Origin: a virus
Strand: one strand, 5' to 3'
IMG/VR virus record: IMGVR_UViG_3300028800_000062
Coordinates: 82,743 to 146,742 of that record
Length of the DNA stretch: 64,000 bases
In this document: positions 20,010-29,905 of the stretch, piece after piece
Layout: each line of letters starts with the position of its first letter
Position numbering within the stretch: position 1 is the first letter of the stretch
Translations under genes and position numbers: made by a program
The notes under the pieces: model-generated
What the model was told of the DNA's origin: nothing
Seen by the model: the letters and a program-made list of their open reading frames with translations, nothing else
Database searches by the model: none

Positions 20010-22453
20010 TACCTCGGTACGTTGACCAGGGAAGGCAGAATGAGCGCGCCTCCCAGTCGATTGATGTTGAGCCGGCCCATATTCGGGCGCAGATAGTCCG
20101 ATACTCCGGAGTTGTCATTGATTGTTGGCGGAGGAGCCAGGCTGAGGAGAATCTGGTTGCTGATGACACCCGTATCGGGGGCCATCACACTCAGCGTGAC
20201 GTGACCGACAAAAGCCAGGAAGAAGCTGCCTATGGTGCTTGATTGCGGCAACGCCGTGGGAAATACCAGGCTGGATACAAATCCGCTGAATGCCGGATCG
20301 GTGGAAGCGTGGCCCTGGGCATCCAGCGCTTGCAGGGGAAGGACCGGCTGGTTGCCGGCCATCCATAAGGCCCGCGCTCCGTTGGTGGTGTAACCTGCAG
20401 TACCCGGCGTCCCACTGACAGACCACGCGATCTCGCCTAGATTGGGATCTGCGCCTACCATGCCGAAGAACGGATTATTGTTGGCCACCTGATACAGGCG
20501 CACCAGCCATCCATCGTCGACGTTCCACAGTTGCTGCAGGGCGATCTGCGTCGGCAGATGCACCGTGGCGCCGGATACGGAGCTGAGCGCCAGATACTGC
20601 CCGTACACCTGCGGAGGCAGATACAGGAAAGTGGCTGTTCCATCACCGCCGGTTACCAGGGACACGGCCTGAGACACGGGATTCTGATAATTGATGCTGC
20701 CTTGGAAGTCCGAAGTGACCAACAGCTCGAGTTCCGCGTTAGGCACTTCTTCATCAGTTGAGTATCCGTATGCCGCGGCGAGCAGCATGGCATAATCGTT
20801 CTCGTAGTAGACCGGCCCGAAGGACACCAGGTCCACCATCAACGCGTAGGACTGGGGTGTTATGATCCTGGGCTTGTCCGCGAACAATTGGATGGACTGC
20901 ACTCTCCGGCGGCGGTGGTCGAGGAACAGGTAGCCTCCTGCAATTCCCGCAAAGGCAGGGTTCAGGTCCACGGCTGTTAACAGTGCGTCGGTGCTGGGGT
21001 TCCCGGCCGCCTCGTAAATGACGGCAACGGCCGGCGTGGCGTCCACATAGATGTCCCGGCCGGGAGCATCCAGGGGAAAGTTAATGGTAAGTTTCCCGGA
21101 AGTCGGATCATAACTCCAGGTAGAAACCGTTTCTTCCAGATATTGTCCGAAGGCACCCAGAAACACACGCAGGATCTGACCTACCGGAAATATGGGGATG
21201 TTATAGATTCCGCTGGGACCTTCCGGGGCTGTACCTACAAAGAGCGTGGGCAAAGTGAAGGCCTGGTTGAGAGTCACCGTACCCTGTGTGCGGTTGATGA
21301 GATACTGATAAGCTGGACCGTCTGGATCGAAGCTTCCTACCTGATACTGGTATTCTGTGCTGGCGCGGTATTCCTGCCGGTAGTCGATGCCGTAAGTGCC
21401 AACAAATACAGGCAGTTGCGGCTTGACGCCCTGACTCAGGGTCAGTACCTGTCCGTTGTCGGTGACCGGGAAGATCTCGAGCTGGCCGGCGTCCGAAGGC
21501 AGGTAATAGCGGTCGGGGCCTATGAAATATGTCCCTGGATTGATCCGTGGGCGAATAGCGTGAGGAGTGTCCGCGTCGAGCGACTTCTCAATGTCAATCA
21601 CCGCTAGGTCATTGCCATCGCCGATGCCTGAGATGAACTTCTCCAATCCGATCGCTGTGACATCCAGGTCCCAGGTCGTCGGCATAACCGTCTGGGCGTT
21701 GGCAGAACTCTGGTCACGCCAGCGGTAGGATCCCCAGTTAAAACCTGGCAGCTGCTCCGGGATCTGCCTGCTGGCCGGAAACACCCGGAAGATCTGGTCT
21801 AAGGTTTCATCGCCGCGATACACGTGGCCGGGAGCGCTGGCACTGATTCCAGTGAACCCTAATTCGGGGATGGAGAACTGACTGGTGGATAATCCCCAGT
21901 CGGTCAATTCTCCAGCATCGCCGGCGGGCACAGTGATCTGGACATCGACCTGGGCCAGCACAGACGGGTTGGCCCCATCCATGGAAGACCCGGACTGGAA
22001 ACTGAACAAGGCAGGCGTCCCGGGGATGCCAAACCGGGTACTTCCACCGGGCCGCAAAGCCAGGCTGACGCTCCCTGAAGAGGACATTACCAACAAGCCG
22101 GTGGCGCCGGTATACGTCAGGATTGGATACACCGAGGAGCCAGCCGGCAGGATCATCGGAATGGATCCCGATCCCGTGGCCGGAATTCCGGACAGCACCG
22201 ATCCTGTTTTACCGGTGTAGCTGATGACGGCACCCAGGATCGAGAGATGGCCGGCCACGGGAAGTGCGCCGGTATCCGATACGTACAAGGTAGTGTCCCC
22301 GGGATTGGCCGTTGCCATCAGGAGAACCGAGTAGGTGTCCGCCAGCCATAACGAGAACGTCTTGGTGATCCCTTTGGTGGGAGCCAGTACCCAGAGCGGA
22401 TTGCTGCCGGTTACCGGTATGGTCAGGGCTGCATCTTTGAAGAAAGTAAGCAT
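20006..22453 (-). CDS. Large structural (baseplate/tail) protein
   Basis: 815 aa beta-rich, overlaps neighbour. Confidence 0.6.
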   Translation of the reverse strand: MLTFFKDAALTIPVTGSNPLWVLAPTKGITKTFSLWLADTYSVLLMATANPGDTTLYVSDTGALPVAGHLSILGAVISYTGKTGSVLSGIPATGSGSIPMILPAGSSVYPILTYTGATGLLVMSSSGSVSLALRPGGSTRFGIPGTPALFSFQSGSSMDGANPSVLAQVDVQITVPAGDAGELTDWGLSTSQFSIPELGFTGISASAPGHVYRGDETLDQIFRVFPASRQIPEQLPGFNWGSYRWRDQSSANAQTVMPTTWDLDVTAIGLEKFISGIGDGNDLAVIDIEKSLDADTPHAIRPRINPGTYFIGPDRYYLPSDAGQLEIFPVTDNGQVLTLSQGVKPQLPVFVGTYGIDYRQEYRASTEYQYQVGSFDPDGPAYQYLINRTQGTVTLNQAFTLPTLFVGTAPEGPSGIYNIPIFPVGQILRVFLGAFGQYLEETVSTWSYDPTSGKLTINFPLDAPGRDIYVDATPAVAVIYEAAGNPSTDALLTAVDLNPAFAGIAGGYLFLDHRRRRVQSIQLFADKPRIITPQSYALMVDLVSFGPVYYENDYAMLLAAAYGYSTDEEVPNAELELLVTSDFQGSINYQNPVSQAVSLVTGGDGTATFLYLPPQVYGQYLALSSVSGATVHLPTQIALQQLWNVDDGWLVRLYQVANNNPFFGMVGADPNLGEIAWSVSGTPGTAGYTTNGARALWMAGNQPVLPLQALDAQGHASTDPAFSGFVSSLVFPTALPQSSTIGSFFLAFVGHVTLSVMAPDTGVISNQILLSLAPPPTINDNSGVSDYLRPNMGRLNINRLGGALILPSLVNVPRY

Positions 22454-22456
22454 GAC

Positions 22457-23251
22457 TTAGTCGCCCCAGTAGCTTTGGTCTAGGCCCATAACGTTCCACA
22501 GATATTCCTGTAACTGATACACAATCTGGCCGTTGCTGCCGGTTGCGATCCGGGCCATTCCTGGATCCGTGAGTGAGATCAAACCGACAGGCGCCGCGAT
22601 CAAACTGTAGGGCAACAGCCTGTATTGATAGGTGATCTGACAGTCGTCCGGCACCGGACTGGCGAACCGCAGGGTTTGTCCGTCGGCACTGTAAGCGTAT
22701 GCAGGTACTGTGACGCTAAAGCTCTCCGACCCCTGAACCAGTGCGCCATACTGCAGATGCACGGTCTGGCCTGAGATGTTCTCCGCCAGGATCTGGTTGG
22801 TGTTGGACTGTCGCACCAGTTGCAGCGTCAGCCCATCCTCGCCGAGCAGTGTCGCAGAAAAGCCGGCCACCAGGTTGATGGCGTCTGTAAGTCCGGAGAA
22901 TGTCTGCCATTGCCAGAAATTGTCCACCGTGAGCGTCACCAGCGGAAGGGTGACGGGGACGCCTGCAGTTGTGAGGACCAAACCAGCCAGGGAACTGGTG
23001 ATCGTCGAGTCGGCGGGACCGTTGATCTGAATGGCCTGGGACATGGATAGCCCTAGAGCCAGGCAGATCTGATTCATCAAACCTATGTAGCTGGCGTCCC
23101 GCCGGGAAATCACCGCCAGTGCCAGCCGGTCGAGGTAATCCGCCGCCGGCTCGCCGGGTAGACGATCGATGCCCACCAGCACACCCAGGGAGTCCGCGTA
23201 GGTGGAGCTGTTGATCTGTTGGATGTTTGGGCCTGTAACTTCGACGATCAC
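22457..23251 (-). CDS. Baseplate wedge (gpI-like) protein
   Basis: DSLGVLVGIDRLPGE...YLDRL motif; GTG start overlapping the upstream TGA. Confidence 0.55.
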   Translation of the reverse strand: MIVEVTGPNIQQINSSTYADSLGVLVGIDRLPGEPAADYLDRLALAVISRRDASYIGLMNQICLALGLSMSQAIQINGPADSTITSSLAGLVLTTAGVPVTLPLVTLTVDNFWQWQTFSGLTDAINLVAGFSATLLGEDGLTLQLVRQSNTNQILAENISGQTVHLQYGALVQGSESFSVTVPAYAYSADGQTLRFASPVPDDCQITYQYRLLPYSLIAAPVGLISLTDPGMARIATGSNGQIVYQLQEYLWNVMGLDQSYWGD

Positions 23252-23376
23252 TTGGATCCTTTCTTCTTGGGAAGCGGCGGAGGCCAGTGTTCCGGCCGGC
23301 CAGGCTTCCACAGATCGTTGGGGCGTTGTGGTGCAATGATGCCGTATTTCCGTGGTCTTGCTGTAGCGCTTTTCAT
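23248..23376 (-). CDS. 42-aa basic Pro-rich microprotein (not in ORF track)
   Basis: ATGA and GTGA overlaps; MKSATARPRKYGIIAPQRPNDLWKPGRPEHWPPPLPKKKGSK. Confidence 0.5.
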   Translation of the reverse strand: MKSATARPRKYGIIAPQRPNDLWKPGRPEHWPPPLPKKKGSK

Positions 23377-24869
23377 GCGGTCAACCTGATGGAATCGTAT
23401 TGATCCGTGGTGTACACGGACCGTGAACCTGGATCGAAGATGTATGCGTCGTACTGGAAACGCACCGGCACCAGATAACTGCCGGTCCAGATCCAGGGGC
23501 GCTGCCGGGCATCAAAACCCAGACCGGCGATATCAGAAACTACTTCGCTTAGATCCAGCTGCACGGCCGAAAAGGCGAAGTTGCCGTAAACCTGCACGTC
23601 CTGAGTGATGAGGTTATTCAGATCGGAGCACTCCAGGGTGAACACGTAGGTTCCCGTCCACGGCAGTTGCAGGCTCATGTTGGGCAGTGGCCCTCCGATC
23701 CATCCGGAAGCACCATCCAAACTGGCCAGAGTACCGGAAGACGTCACTACGTAGCTCATTCCATTCGGAGCATCTACCCGCAACCGGCACTGCCTCAGGT
23801 TGCCTGAGGTCTCGTGTGGAATGGCATGGATAGCCACCGCGGCAATCTGCCCCACATGGGTTTGATCGTAAGACAAGCTCAAACTGTACAGGGGCTCGGT
23901 GGTGATGACTGCCCGGCTCAACATGTCCGGCATCGGTTCCCGCCGGTCGGCGTAATACAGGTTGGTGCCCGCGTAGAGGAACAAACCGTATGTGTTCGGT
24001 TCGACCGTCAGGCCAAGCATGTTGGATGGCAGCAGGCAGCTGTGCACAACCTCAAATCCGGACCAGCGGTTGATGGCGTAGACTTCCTGCAGGTGCAGGG
24101 AATCCAAAGTCCAATAACGCCGGAAGGTTACGTCCCGGTAGGCGGCCAGCGAGACCGGCCGCATATCGTCGGGCTGGTAGGGGCAACCAAATGGAAACAG
24201 CAGCACCTGAAGGGTGGCGCCGGACGGTAATCCGAAGACCTGAATATCATCGACGGACTGCCAGGTCCCGCGCGTGCTGAACAATCCATTGTCATTGATC
24301 GAAACCGTTTCCGATTGCGATAGTAGGTCGGCCGCCCAGTAGTCACAAGGATAAGTCCGGCCTTTAAGGATTACCGTGATATTACTGCTGAAGTTTCCCA
24401 GGTCGGTGACCCAGAAATAGAGCTGATTGGGCAGAGGGAGGTCCAGAGATCCGCCATCCTGAGGATCGTCCGTGCCGCTGAAAGTAATCAGCACAGGGTC
24501 GCCGCAGGCTACCGTAGAGCGATCCGGGTCGGGCACTATGGCCGTGGGGACCGGAATCGTATCGTCGTAGGGTTGTAGGCTGACGTAAGTGCCGTTGCGG
24601 AGGCCTTCGACTTTAGTGGGCCCGGTTGCAGGCAGGCTCATAGGCACCGGAACCCTGTAGTAGATTCCGCGGCCGTCCAGATTGGCCGGGCAGGTGTCGA
24701 AGGACTGCGCGTCGATCTCCCGCTGCATGCGAGTTTCGCCTTCCTCGAGTGATATGGCCGCGGCATTGAGCAGTTGCCCGTCCAACGTGAACGGTAATTC
24801 TCTGCTGCGTGGGTCCAGGTGGTCGAAGTAATTGCGCAGTGCCTGCGTGCGGTGAGAATGATGAATCAT
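23373..24869 (-). CDS. Putative baseplate structural protein
   Basis: 498 aa ORF in baseplate cluster. Confidence 0.6.
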   Translation of the reverse strand: MIHHSHRTQALRNYFDHLDPRSRELPFTLDGQLLNAAAISLEEGETRMQREIDAQSFDTCPANLDGRGIYYRVPVPMSLPATGPTKVEGLRNGTYVSLQPYDDTIPVPTAIVPDPDRSTVACGDPVLITFSGTDDPQDGGSLDLPLPNQLYFWVTDLGNFSSNITVILKGRTYPCDYWAADLLSQSETVSINDNGLFSTRGTWQSVDDIQVFGLPSGATLQVLLFPFGCPYQPDDMRPVSLAAYRDVTFRRYWTLDSLHLQEVYAINRWSGFEVVHSCLLPSNMLGLTVEPNTYGLFLYAGTNLYYADRREPMPDMLSRAVITTEPLYSLSLSYDQTHVGQIAAVAIHAIPHETSGNLRQCRLRVDAPNGMSYVVTSSGTLASLDGASGWIGGPLPNMSLQLPWTGTYVFTLECSDLNNLITQDVQVYGNFAFSAVQLDLSEVVSDIAGLGFDARQRPWIWTGSYLVPVRFQYDAYIFDPGSRSVYTTDQYDSIRLTA

Positions 24870-25360
24870 CAGAATGTGCGCCCGATACCGAGTTCAAACT
24901 TGGAAGTCATGGAAGATCCACTCGAAACAGCCTTCACGCCGACTGTAAACATGGTCTGCTTCCGAGAATAGGCCAGCATGCCTCCGCCGGAGAATGTTCC
25001 TACCATGGACGGGCTGGTGGAACTGCCTCCATCGGCCAGGGCAATGAGTGAAAAGGGACCGGATACAGCTACTACCATCGCTACGCCGGTGCGGACCTGG
25101 GATTGCTGTCCGGTCATTTCGATCGTGGTCATGGAGTAAAGTCCCCCCACACAGCCATAGACCGGGTTTTCTGACGCAGTGCAGACCTGCACACCAAGCT
25201 TGATGCCGAAGGTAACCCATCCTACCGCCACCGGGGATCCGTAGGGAGTCACCCCGGCGCCCGCGAAGGCAAAGTAACTGGTCTGGGAAACCGGTGGAGT
25301 TACAGGAGTTTGCGCGAAGATCGGAAGCACGAACAGAAGAACGGCAAGTAGGCGTCTCAT
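24869..25360 (-). CDS. Small outer-membrane beta-barrel protein (Lom/Ail-like role)
   Basis: Signal peptide MRRLLAVLLFVLPIFA|Q, amphipathic strands, C-terminal FELGIGRTF beta-signal. Confidence 0.6.
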   Translation of the reverse strand: MRRLLAVLLFVLPIFAQTPVTPPVSQTSYFAFAGAGVTPYGSPVAVGWVTFGIKLGVQVCTASENPVYGCVGGLYSMTTIEMTGQQSQVRTGVAMVVAVSGPFSLIALADGGSSTSPSMVGTFSGGGMLAYSRKQTMFTVGVKAVSSGSSMTSKFELGIGRTF

Positions 25361-25372
25361 TAGAACCTTTCC

Positions 25373-26572
25373 TTAATTAGTGATGGCTAGGGAAATTGCA
25401 GTGGGAATCTCTTCCGTGATTACTCGTTCTCCCAGAGCTGGAGTGTAGTTCGCAATCAGGAAGCGGCTATAGCGGGTGCCGTCTGTACGGCTGCGCCAGA
25501 TGAGTACATTGCCCAACGGACGGTTCGGGTCTCCCACATCTAGGATCCTCGAGTCTGAGTTCAGGATCTGGTCGGCGATATCGTTCAGCACCAAGGTGTC
25601 ACCGATAGCCAGATTGTTGATGTAGTTCTCGACAGCGGAAACCGCGGCCGCTACGATGGAGGTCTGGTCACTCTGACTGGCAGATGCCGTCAGGGTCAGG
25701 GTGGTCGCCAGGCTGATCCCCACCAGATCCGGCGCCACGGCAATACCCGTGAGCGGAAAGGCGACCGTGTTGTTGATTGCCTGCTGTACACTCTGTAACA
25801 GCGCCGCCGAACCATCCGAAGCAATGCCGTAGACATAACAGGTGAACGTGCCCGCGGCCGGCGCAAACACTACGTCCTGAATCCCAGGAATCTGCAGGAT
25901 CTGAAAGCGCAGCGCCGCCTCATTGGCTCCATTCTGCGCCTGCAGCTTTAATCTGATCCGATACCGGTAATCATCATCGAGCTCGGCATCGCGCCCGCCC
26001 ACAATTCCATAATTGTTGGTCACCAACAGCGACCCATACCGGCTCTCGGTATAGTTGGTGAAATTCGACTGCGAGAAGATCCCGGAGGCCGCGTTGCCCG
26101 CCGCGCCCGAATACAGAGCCGTGGCACTAAAGGACATCGAGCTGGCCGCCGCCGGCAGCGTCATAGGGTCCGCGATATACACCGGCCCGTTCACCCCCGC
26201 CGCCGTATAAATGCGCACCCCCGAAGGAATCACAATGTCCTGGCCACTGTTGATTGAACCAAAAGTCCCATTGCGGACAAACCACTCAAAGTTCTGATCG
26301 CCAATATCCACGCTGGCAGTCTGCTGCGCCAGGCGCGGCACACCGAAGATCTCCCCGATCAAATCCAGGCTGGTATCGGTGGCAAAAGGCAGAAGCGACT
26401 GGGCAATATTCAGGAACTGGCGGTTCTCCAGCTCGGCCAGCTCGTTGGCCACGATGTCGCCGAACGCCCGCGCCTTGCCTCCCGGCGCCAGCTGCCGGAT
26501 GCCGGTGGCGGAGAGGGCAGCCAGGATGTCGGATTGGTAACCGGAATAGTTCTTCGGAGACTGAATAGCCAT
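25373..26572 (-). CDS. Baseplate J/gp47-like protein
   Basis: ATDTSLDLIGEIFGVPR, GAAGNAASG, GGRDAELDDDYRYRI; start revised to MAIQSP. Confidence 0.9.
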   Translation of the reverse strand: MAIQSPKNYSGYQSDILAALSATGIRQLAPGGKARAFGDIVANELAELENRQFLNIAQSLLPFATDTSLDLIGEIFGVPRLAQQTASVDIGDQNFEWFVRNGTFGSINSGQDIVIPSGVRIYTAAGVNGPVYIADPMTLPAAASSMSFSATALYSGAAGNAASGIFSQSNFTNYTESRYGSLLVTNNYGIVGGRDAELDDDYRYRIRLKLQAQNGANEAALRFQILQIPGIQDVVFAPAAGTFTCYVYGIASDGSAALLQSVQQAINNTVAFPLTGIAVAPDLVGISLATTLTLTASASQSDQTSIVAAAVSAVENYINNLAIGDTLVLNDIADQILNSDSRILDVGDPNRPLGNVLIWRSRTDGTRYSRFLIANYTPALGERVITEEIPTAISLAITN

Positions 26573-26580
26573 AAGAGCGC

Positions 26581-27069
26581 CTATTGCCCCATGATGGGAA
26601 TGATCTGCACGGAGGATCCGAGATCGGTGAATACCTGGGTTGAAATGATGCTGGCCCCGTTCAGCGTGTTCCAGGTGGGTGGCAACTGTGGGCAGCTGTT
26701 GGTCTGGCAATAGGTCTGTAGGGCAGGTACTCCAATCAATCGAATGGAAGCTTGCATCAGCAGATCCTGTATCGAGGAGAATTTGGCTTTAACCACGAAG
26801 GAGCCATCAGCTTGTTGTATCTTCCAAGTTTGCCCGGTAACGAATGACTGCAGGGCACTAACTTGATAGTTTGGCAACGGCTGAATCACCACAATTGGAA
26901 CCGGCGCCGGGGTTGGGGTGCGCATATCGAGTGTGATCATGGTGACGGTGCCTGGTTGAAATGTCTGGCAGGTCTGCGCCCCGGTGCCTAAAGACCAGCA
27001 TACGTTCACTGGTTGTTGAGCCAGCATCGTGATTGCACCGGCCAAAAGTAAGAGAATGACTTTCTTCAT
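26581..27069 (-). CDS. Secreted hypothetical protein
   Basis: Signal peptide MKKVILLLLAGAITMLA|QQP; paired Cys. Confidence 0.7.
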   Translation of the reverse strand: MKKVILLLLAGAITMLAQQPVNVCWSLGTGAQTCQTFQPGTVTMITLDMRTPTPAPVPIVVIQPLPNYQVSALQSFVTGQTWKIQQADGSFVVKAKFSSIQDLLMQASIRLIGVPALQTYCQTNSCPQLPPTWNTLNGASIISTQVFTDLGSSVQIIPIMGQ

Positions 27070-27076
27070 CGTTGCC

Positions 27077-29362
27077 TCAGAACTGAGTAAGAGTGTGGAA
27101 ACTATACACGCCGCTGGCGGACTTGCCGCAAACCTGCTCGTTATCGCCCAGCAGGTCGTCCTCGACGAAGAAATGCTGACCACGAGTGGTCTGGTTACAC
27201 ATTAGGGGCTGGGACACATCCACCGGCTGTACTGTTTGCACCGCTAGATTCTTTACAGCATTAACCAACACGTAAGTCAGCGCACCTGGGTTGAGATCGT
27301 AGAGCTGCGTAGGCTCCGCGTCGGTGGGATTCAACTTCGCCGAAAAGGTCCCAACGCTGTACGGGATTACGTTCATAGCATCCTGAGCCAGCAATCCGAT
27401 GCCGGTCATGCCGGCGGTCAAACCAGCCAGGCCGTTGTATTCAAACGCCACCGGATTCAAAGCATTGATAGTACTGAGGCCGTCAAGAAAAGGTCGGATA
27501 TTGGTCTTCAGCCGGGCATCTGAATATACGGTCCAGGTAGCGGTAGCGGCTTTGGATGCTGAGTCGGTAGATAGTTCCAACTGATGGGTGGGGTTGGTGA
27601 CACCGATTCCGATGTTGCCACTTGAATTGATAAAGAGGCGCGTACCGCCGGCGGTGGCCAGGGCGATTGAAGCGTTTGCATCGCCATTATTGATAGTAAA
27701 ATCCCCGGTTGCGTGCTTTAGAATGTCCACGATGGCGATGCCGGTCCCTGCCGAGTTTTCCGTAATCATACGCAGATCGAAGCCACTCGCGGCAGGTGCG
27801 GTATTGGAATTGTATAAGTCTAGGTAACCTAAGGAAGCGTTGGAGCTGAGGAACCTTCCTACGCTGGAATTGGAACCTTCCGCTTGAAAGATGTAAGTAG
27901 GATTTGTGACCCCGATGCCTAGACTTCCACCGGCTGTCCATCGACCGTACTCCGTGAACGTTTGCGTAGAACCGTTAAATTTGCCGAATGCAATGTTCCC
28001 ACCAGCAGCCCCGGCGTAGATTTGCAGCGTACTCGCCGCGATTCCCAGTCCGTATGAATCGACTCCGCCTGAATCGTAGACGTACAACTTATTCGATGCA
28101 ACGGATGACCCGAGAGACAACAGTGCACTTGGAGCAGTTGTTCCGACGCCTACATTCCCTCCGGTATAATCCGCGGTCGATCCATTCAGAGTCCACAGTC
28201 CCACATTGTTCGGGATGCCGCTCAGACGCGCCCAAGGTACTGTACCTGAAGACAGCGTGCCAACAGCTGTAATGAAACTACTCCCGGCCCAGGTAGAGAG
28301 CGCTGTGTTCTGCACGTTGCCAAGGCCCACTTTGTTGGCGCTGATGTTTAGCCAGGGGGGATCGCTGTAGGAACCGTTGGTGTAAACCCCATTGGTCACC
28401 GTACTCGCGTTCGTAGCCGTGGTGGCGTTGCCTGAGATGTTGATGGAATAGGTCCCGCTGGTGATCTTCGTCGCATAGTTCCCGGCGGCCAGAGCTGCGA
28501 TCGGAATGCTCGCCGCGGTCAGGCCCGCTCCGGACCCGTTGAATTGACCGGTGATCGTTGCGTTACCCGCCACCTGTAAGGTATCGATCCCATTATCGGT
28601 GGCAGTTCCAGCCAACACCCGACCGGTATAAGACAGAGCCCCGCTCAGGACGGTCCAGGGGTTGGCCGCGTTGGTCACGGTGGATATAGAAGTCACGCGG
28701 CCAGCAGCATCGATGGTAAGGACTGGGATGGCAGAGGTACTGCCGTAGGTACCTACCGCGGCGCCGGAGGCCGGCAGCTGCGACACGCTGATGGAAGGGG
28801 AGCACCAGAATGGAGGACCGGCTACTGAACCATTTCCCTGAGAACACAACGTATGGATCGTGGTTGAATTCAGACCGTGCAGGATCGAAAGAGCATTATC
28901 ACCCGATCCGTAGATCAGATCGCCGACGGCGTAGTGGGAATTGCCTATATCCATGAATGCGGTGGGGTCGTTGGCCAGCGGAATCGCGGTAGAGAGGTTC
29001 CAGGTAGGACCTGCGATCATATAATTCTGCGTATAGACCAGCTGGCTACCCGCGTAAATATTCACCTGATAGTAGGTCTGTCCAAGTACGGTGCCGCAGG
29101 AGATGATGTCGTTGCCCACCAGGGTTCCGCGCAGGATGCCGGCCGGGTTGGGGACCATGGTCGCCGTAGCCGGCACGATGATGGAGGAGCCTATAACCAG
29201 GGGGATATTGCCGCCGCAGTTCTCCAGGGTGAATTGCACGGTGCGATTGGAGCTCATCGGCTGCCCGGTGAGATTCACGATGTTGCCGCTGATCACCGTG
29301 GCCGGAAGGGAACGAAGCAGGAGCAATAGGCCGGCGGCCAAACGTAAATAACGCAAGGTCAA
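27077..29362 (-). CDS. Tail fibre with peptidase S74 intramolecular chaperone and N-terminal signal peptide (start may be 29356)
   Basis: GNVGVGTTAP/GNIGIGVTNP repeats, IDAAGRVT, SDARLKTNI...IGLLAQD...LVNAVKNL. Confidence 0.85.
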   Translation of the reverse strand: MTLRYLRLAAGLLLLLRSLPATVISGNIVNLTGQPMSSNRTVQFTLENCGGNIPLVIGSSIIVPATATMVPNPAGILRGTLVGNDIISCGTVLGQTYYQVNIYAGSQLVYTQNYMIAGPTWNLSTAIPLANDPTAFMDIGNSHYAVGDLIYGSGDNALSILHGLNSTTIHTLCSQGNGSVAGPPFWCSPSISVSQLPASGAAVGTYGSTSAIPVLTIDAAGRVTSISTVTNAANPWTVLSGALSYTGRVLAGTATDNGIDTLQVAGNATITGQFNGSGAGLTAASIPIAALAAGNYATKITSGTYSINISGNATTATNASTVTNGVYTNGSYSDPPWLNISANKVGLGNVQNTALSTWAGSSFITAVGTLSSGTVPWARLSGIPNNVGLWTLNGSTADYTGGNVGVGTTAPSALLSLGSSVASNKLYVYDSGGVDSYGLGIAASTLQIYAGAAGGNIAFGKFNGSTQTFTEYGRWTAGGSLGIGVTNPTYIFQAEGSNSSVGRFLSSNASLGYLDLYNSNTAPAASGFDLRMITENSAGTGIAIVDILKHATGDFTINNGDANASIALATAGGTRLFINSSGNIGIGVTNPTHQLELSTDSASKAATATWTVYSDARLKTNIRPFLDGLSTINALNPVAFEYNGLAGLTAGMTGIGLLAQDAMNVIPYSVGTFSAKLNPTDAEPTQLYDLNPGALTYVLVNAVKNLAVQTVQPVDVSQPLMCNQTTRGQHFFVEDDLLGDNEQVCGKSASGVYSFHTLTQF

Positions 29363-29796
29363 ACTCCTTTTACGTGCATGAGACTCTGAACGAGACGCAC
29401 TACGTAGTAGCCAAATGAGGCGACCCCCATAATGCAGCTGAGGATGAGTCCCACGGCCATGTAGCCTCCGCGGGCGAGCGTCAGGACTTTGTCCTTCTGC
29501 TTTTCACCCTTTTCCAGGTCGTCAATCCGCGAGCCGCTCTGTTCCAGTCTTTCTTTCACCAGCGCGACTTCTCGCTCTTGGAGCGCATTCTGTACCGCCT
29601 GTGCGATGTTGATCTTTTCGTGTTCGGCGATCTTGCCGTTCAACCGCGCCAAGTGATCTATGGTTTGGCTCCCGATGGCCTTTAGGCTGGAAACATCCGT
29701 TGCCATCCCGTTCAACCGGGTGTCTACCCCGGCAAACCGGTCATTCATTTCGTGGCGCAGCTCTTTCAGCTCAGCAAAGATCCGATCCTCTGTCAT
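29359..29796 (-). CDS. Holin-like coiled-coil protein with C-terminal TM
   Basis: Follows the lysin; single TM GYMAVGLILSCIMGVASFGYYVV. Confidence 0.55.
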   Translation of the reverse strand: MTEDRIFAELKELRHEMNDRFAGVDTRLNGMATDVSSLKAIGSQTIDHLARLNGKIAEHEKINIAQAVQNALQEREVALVKERLEQSGSRIDDLEKGEKQKDKVLTLARGGYMAVGLILSCIMGVASFGYYVVRLVQSLMHVKGV

Positions 29797-29905
29797 GTGG
29801 CGGCCTCCCTATACAACGCCACACAGGAGGGTACCAGGGTAAAACAAAAGGAAAAACAAGAGAGGAATGGAGGAACCGGTCCATGGTGGGTGTTTAAGTC
29901 CGAGC

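Noticed and set aside
10126-26572. Contractile injection system (eCIS/tailocin) instead of a phage
   Set aside because: Linked lysis, replication, recombination and partition genes indicate a phage; capsid and terminase are presumably outside the window (unverified)
4604-29362. Diversity-generating retroelement targeting the fibres
   Set aside because: No reverse transcriptase and no adenine-variant repeat pair noticed by eye
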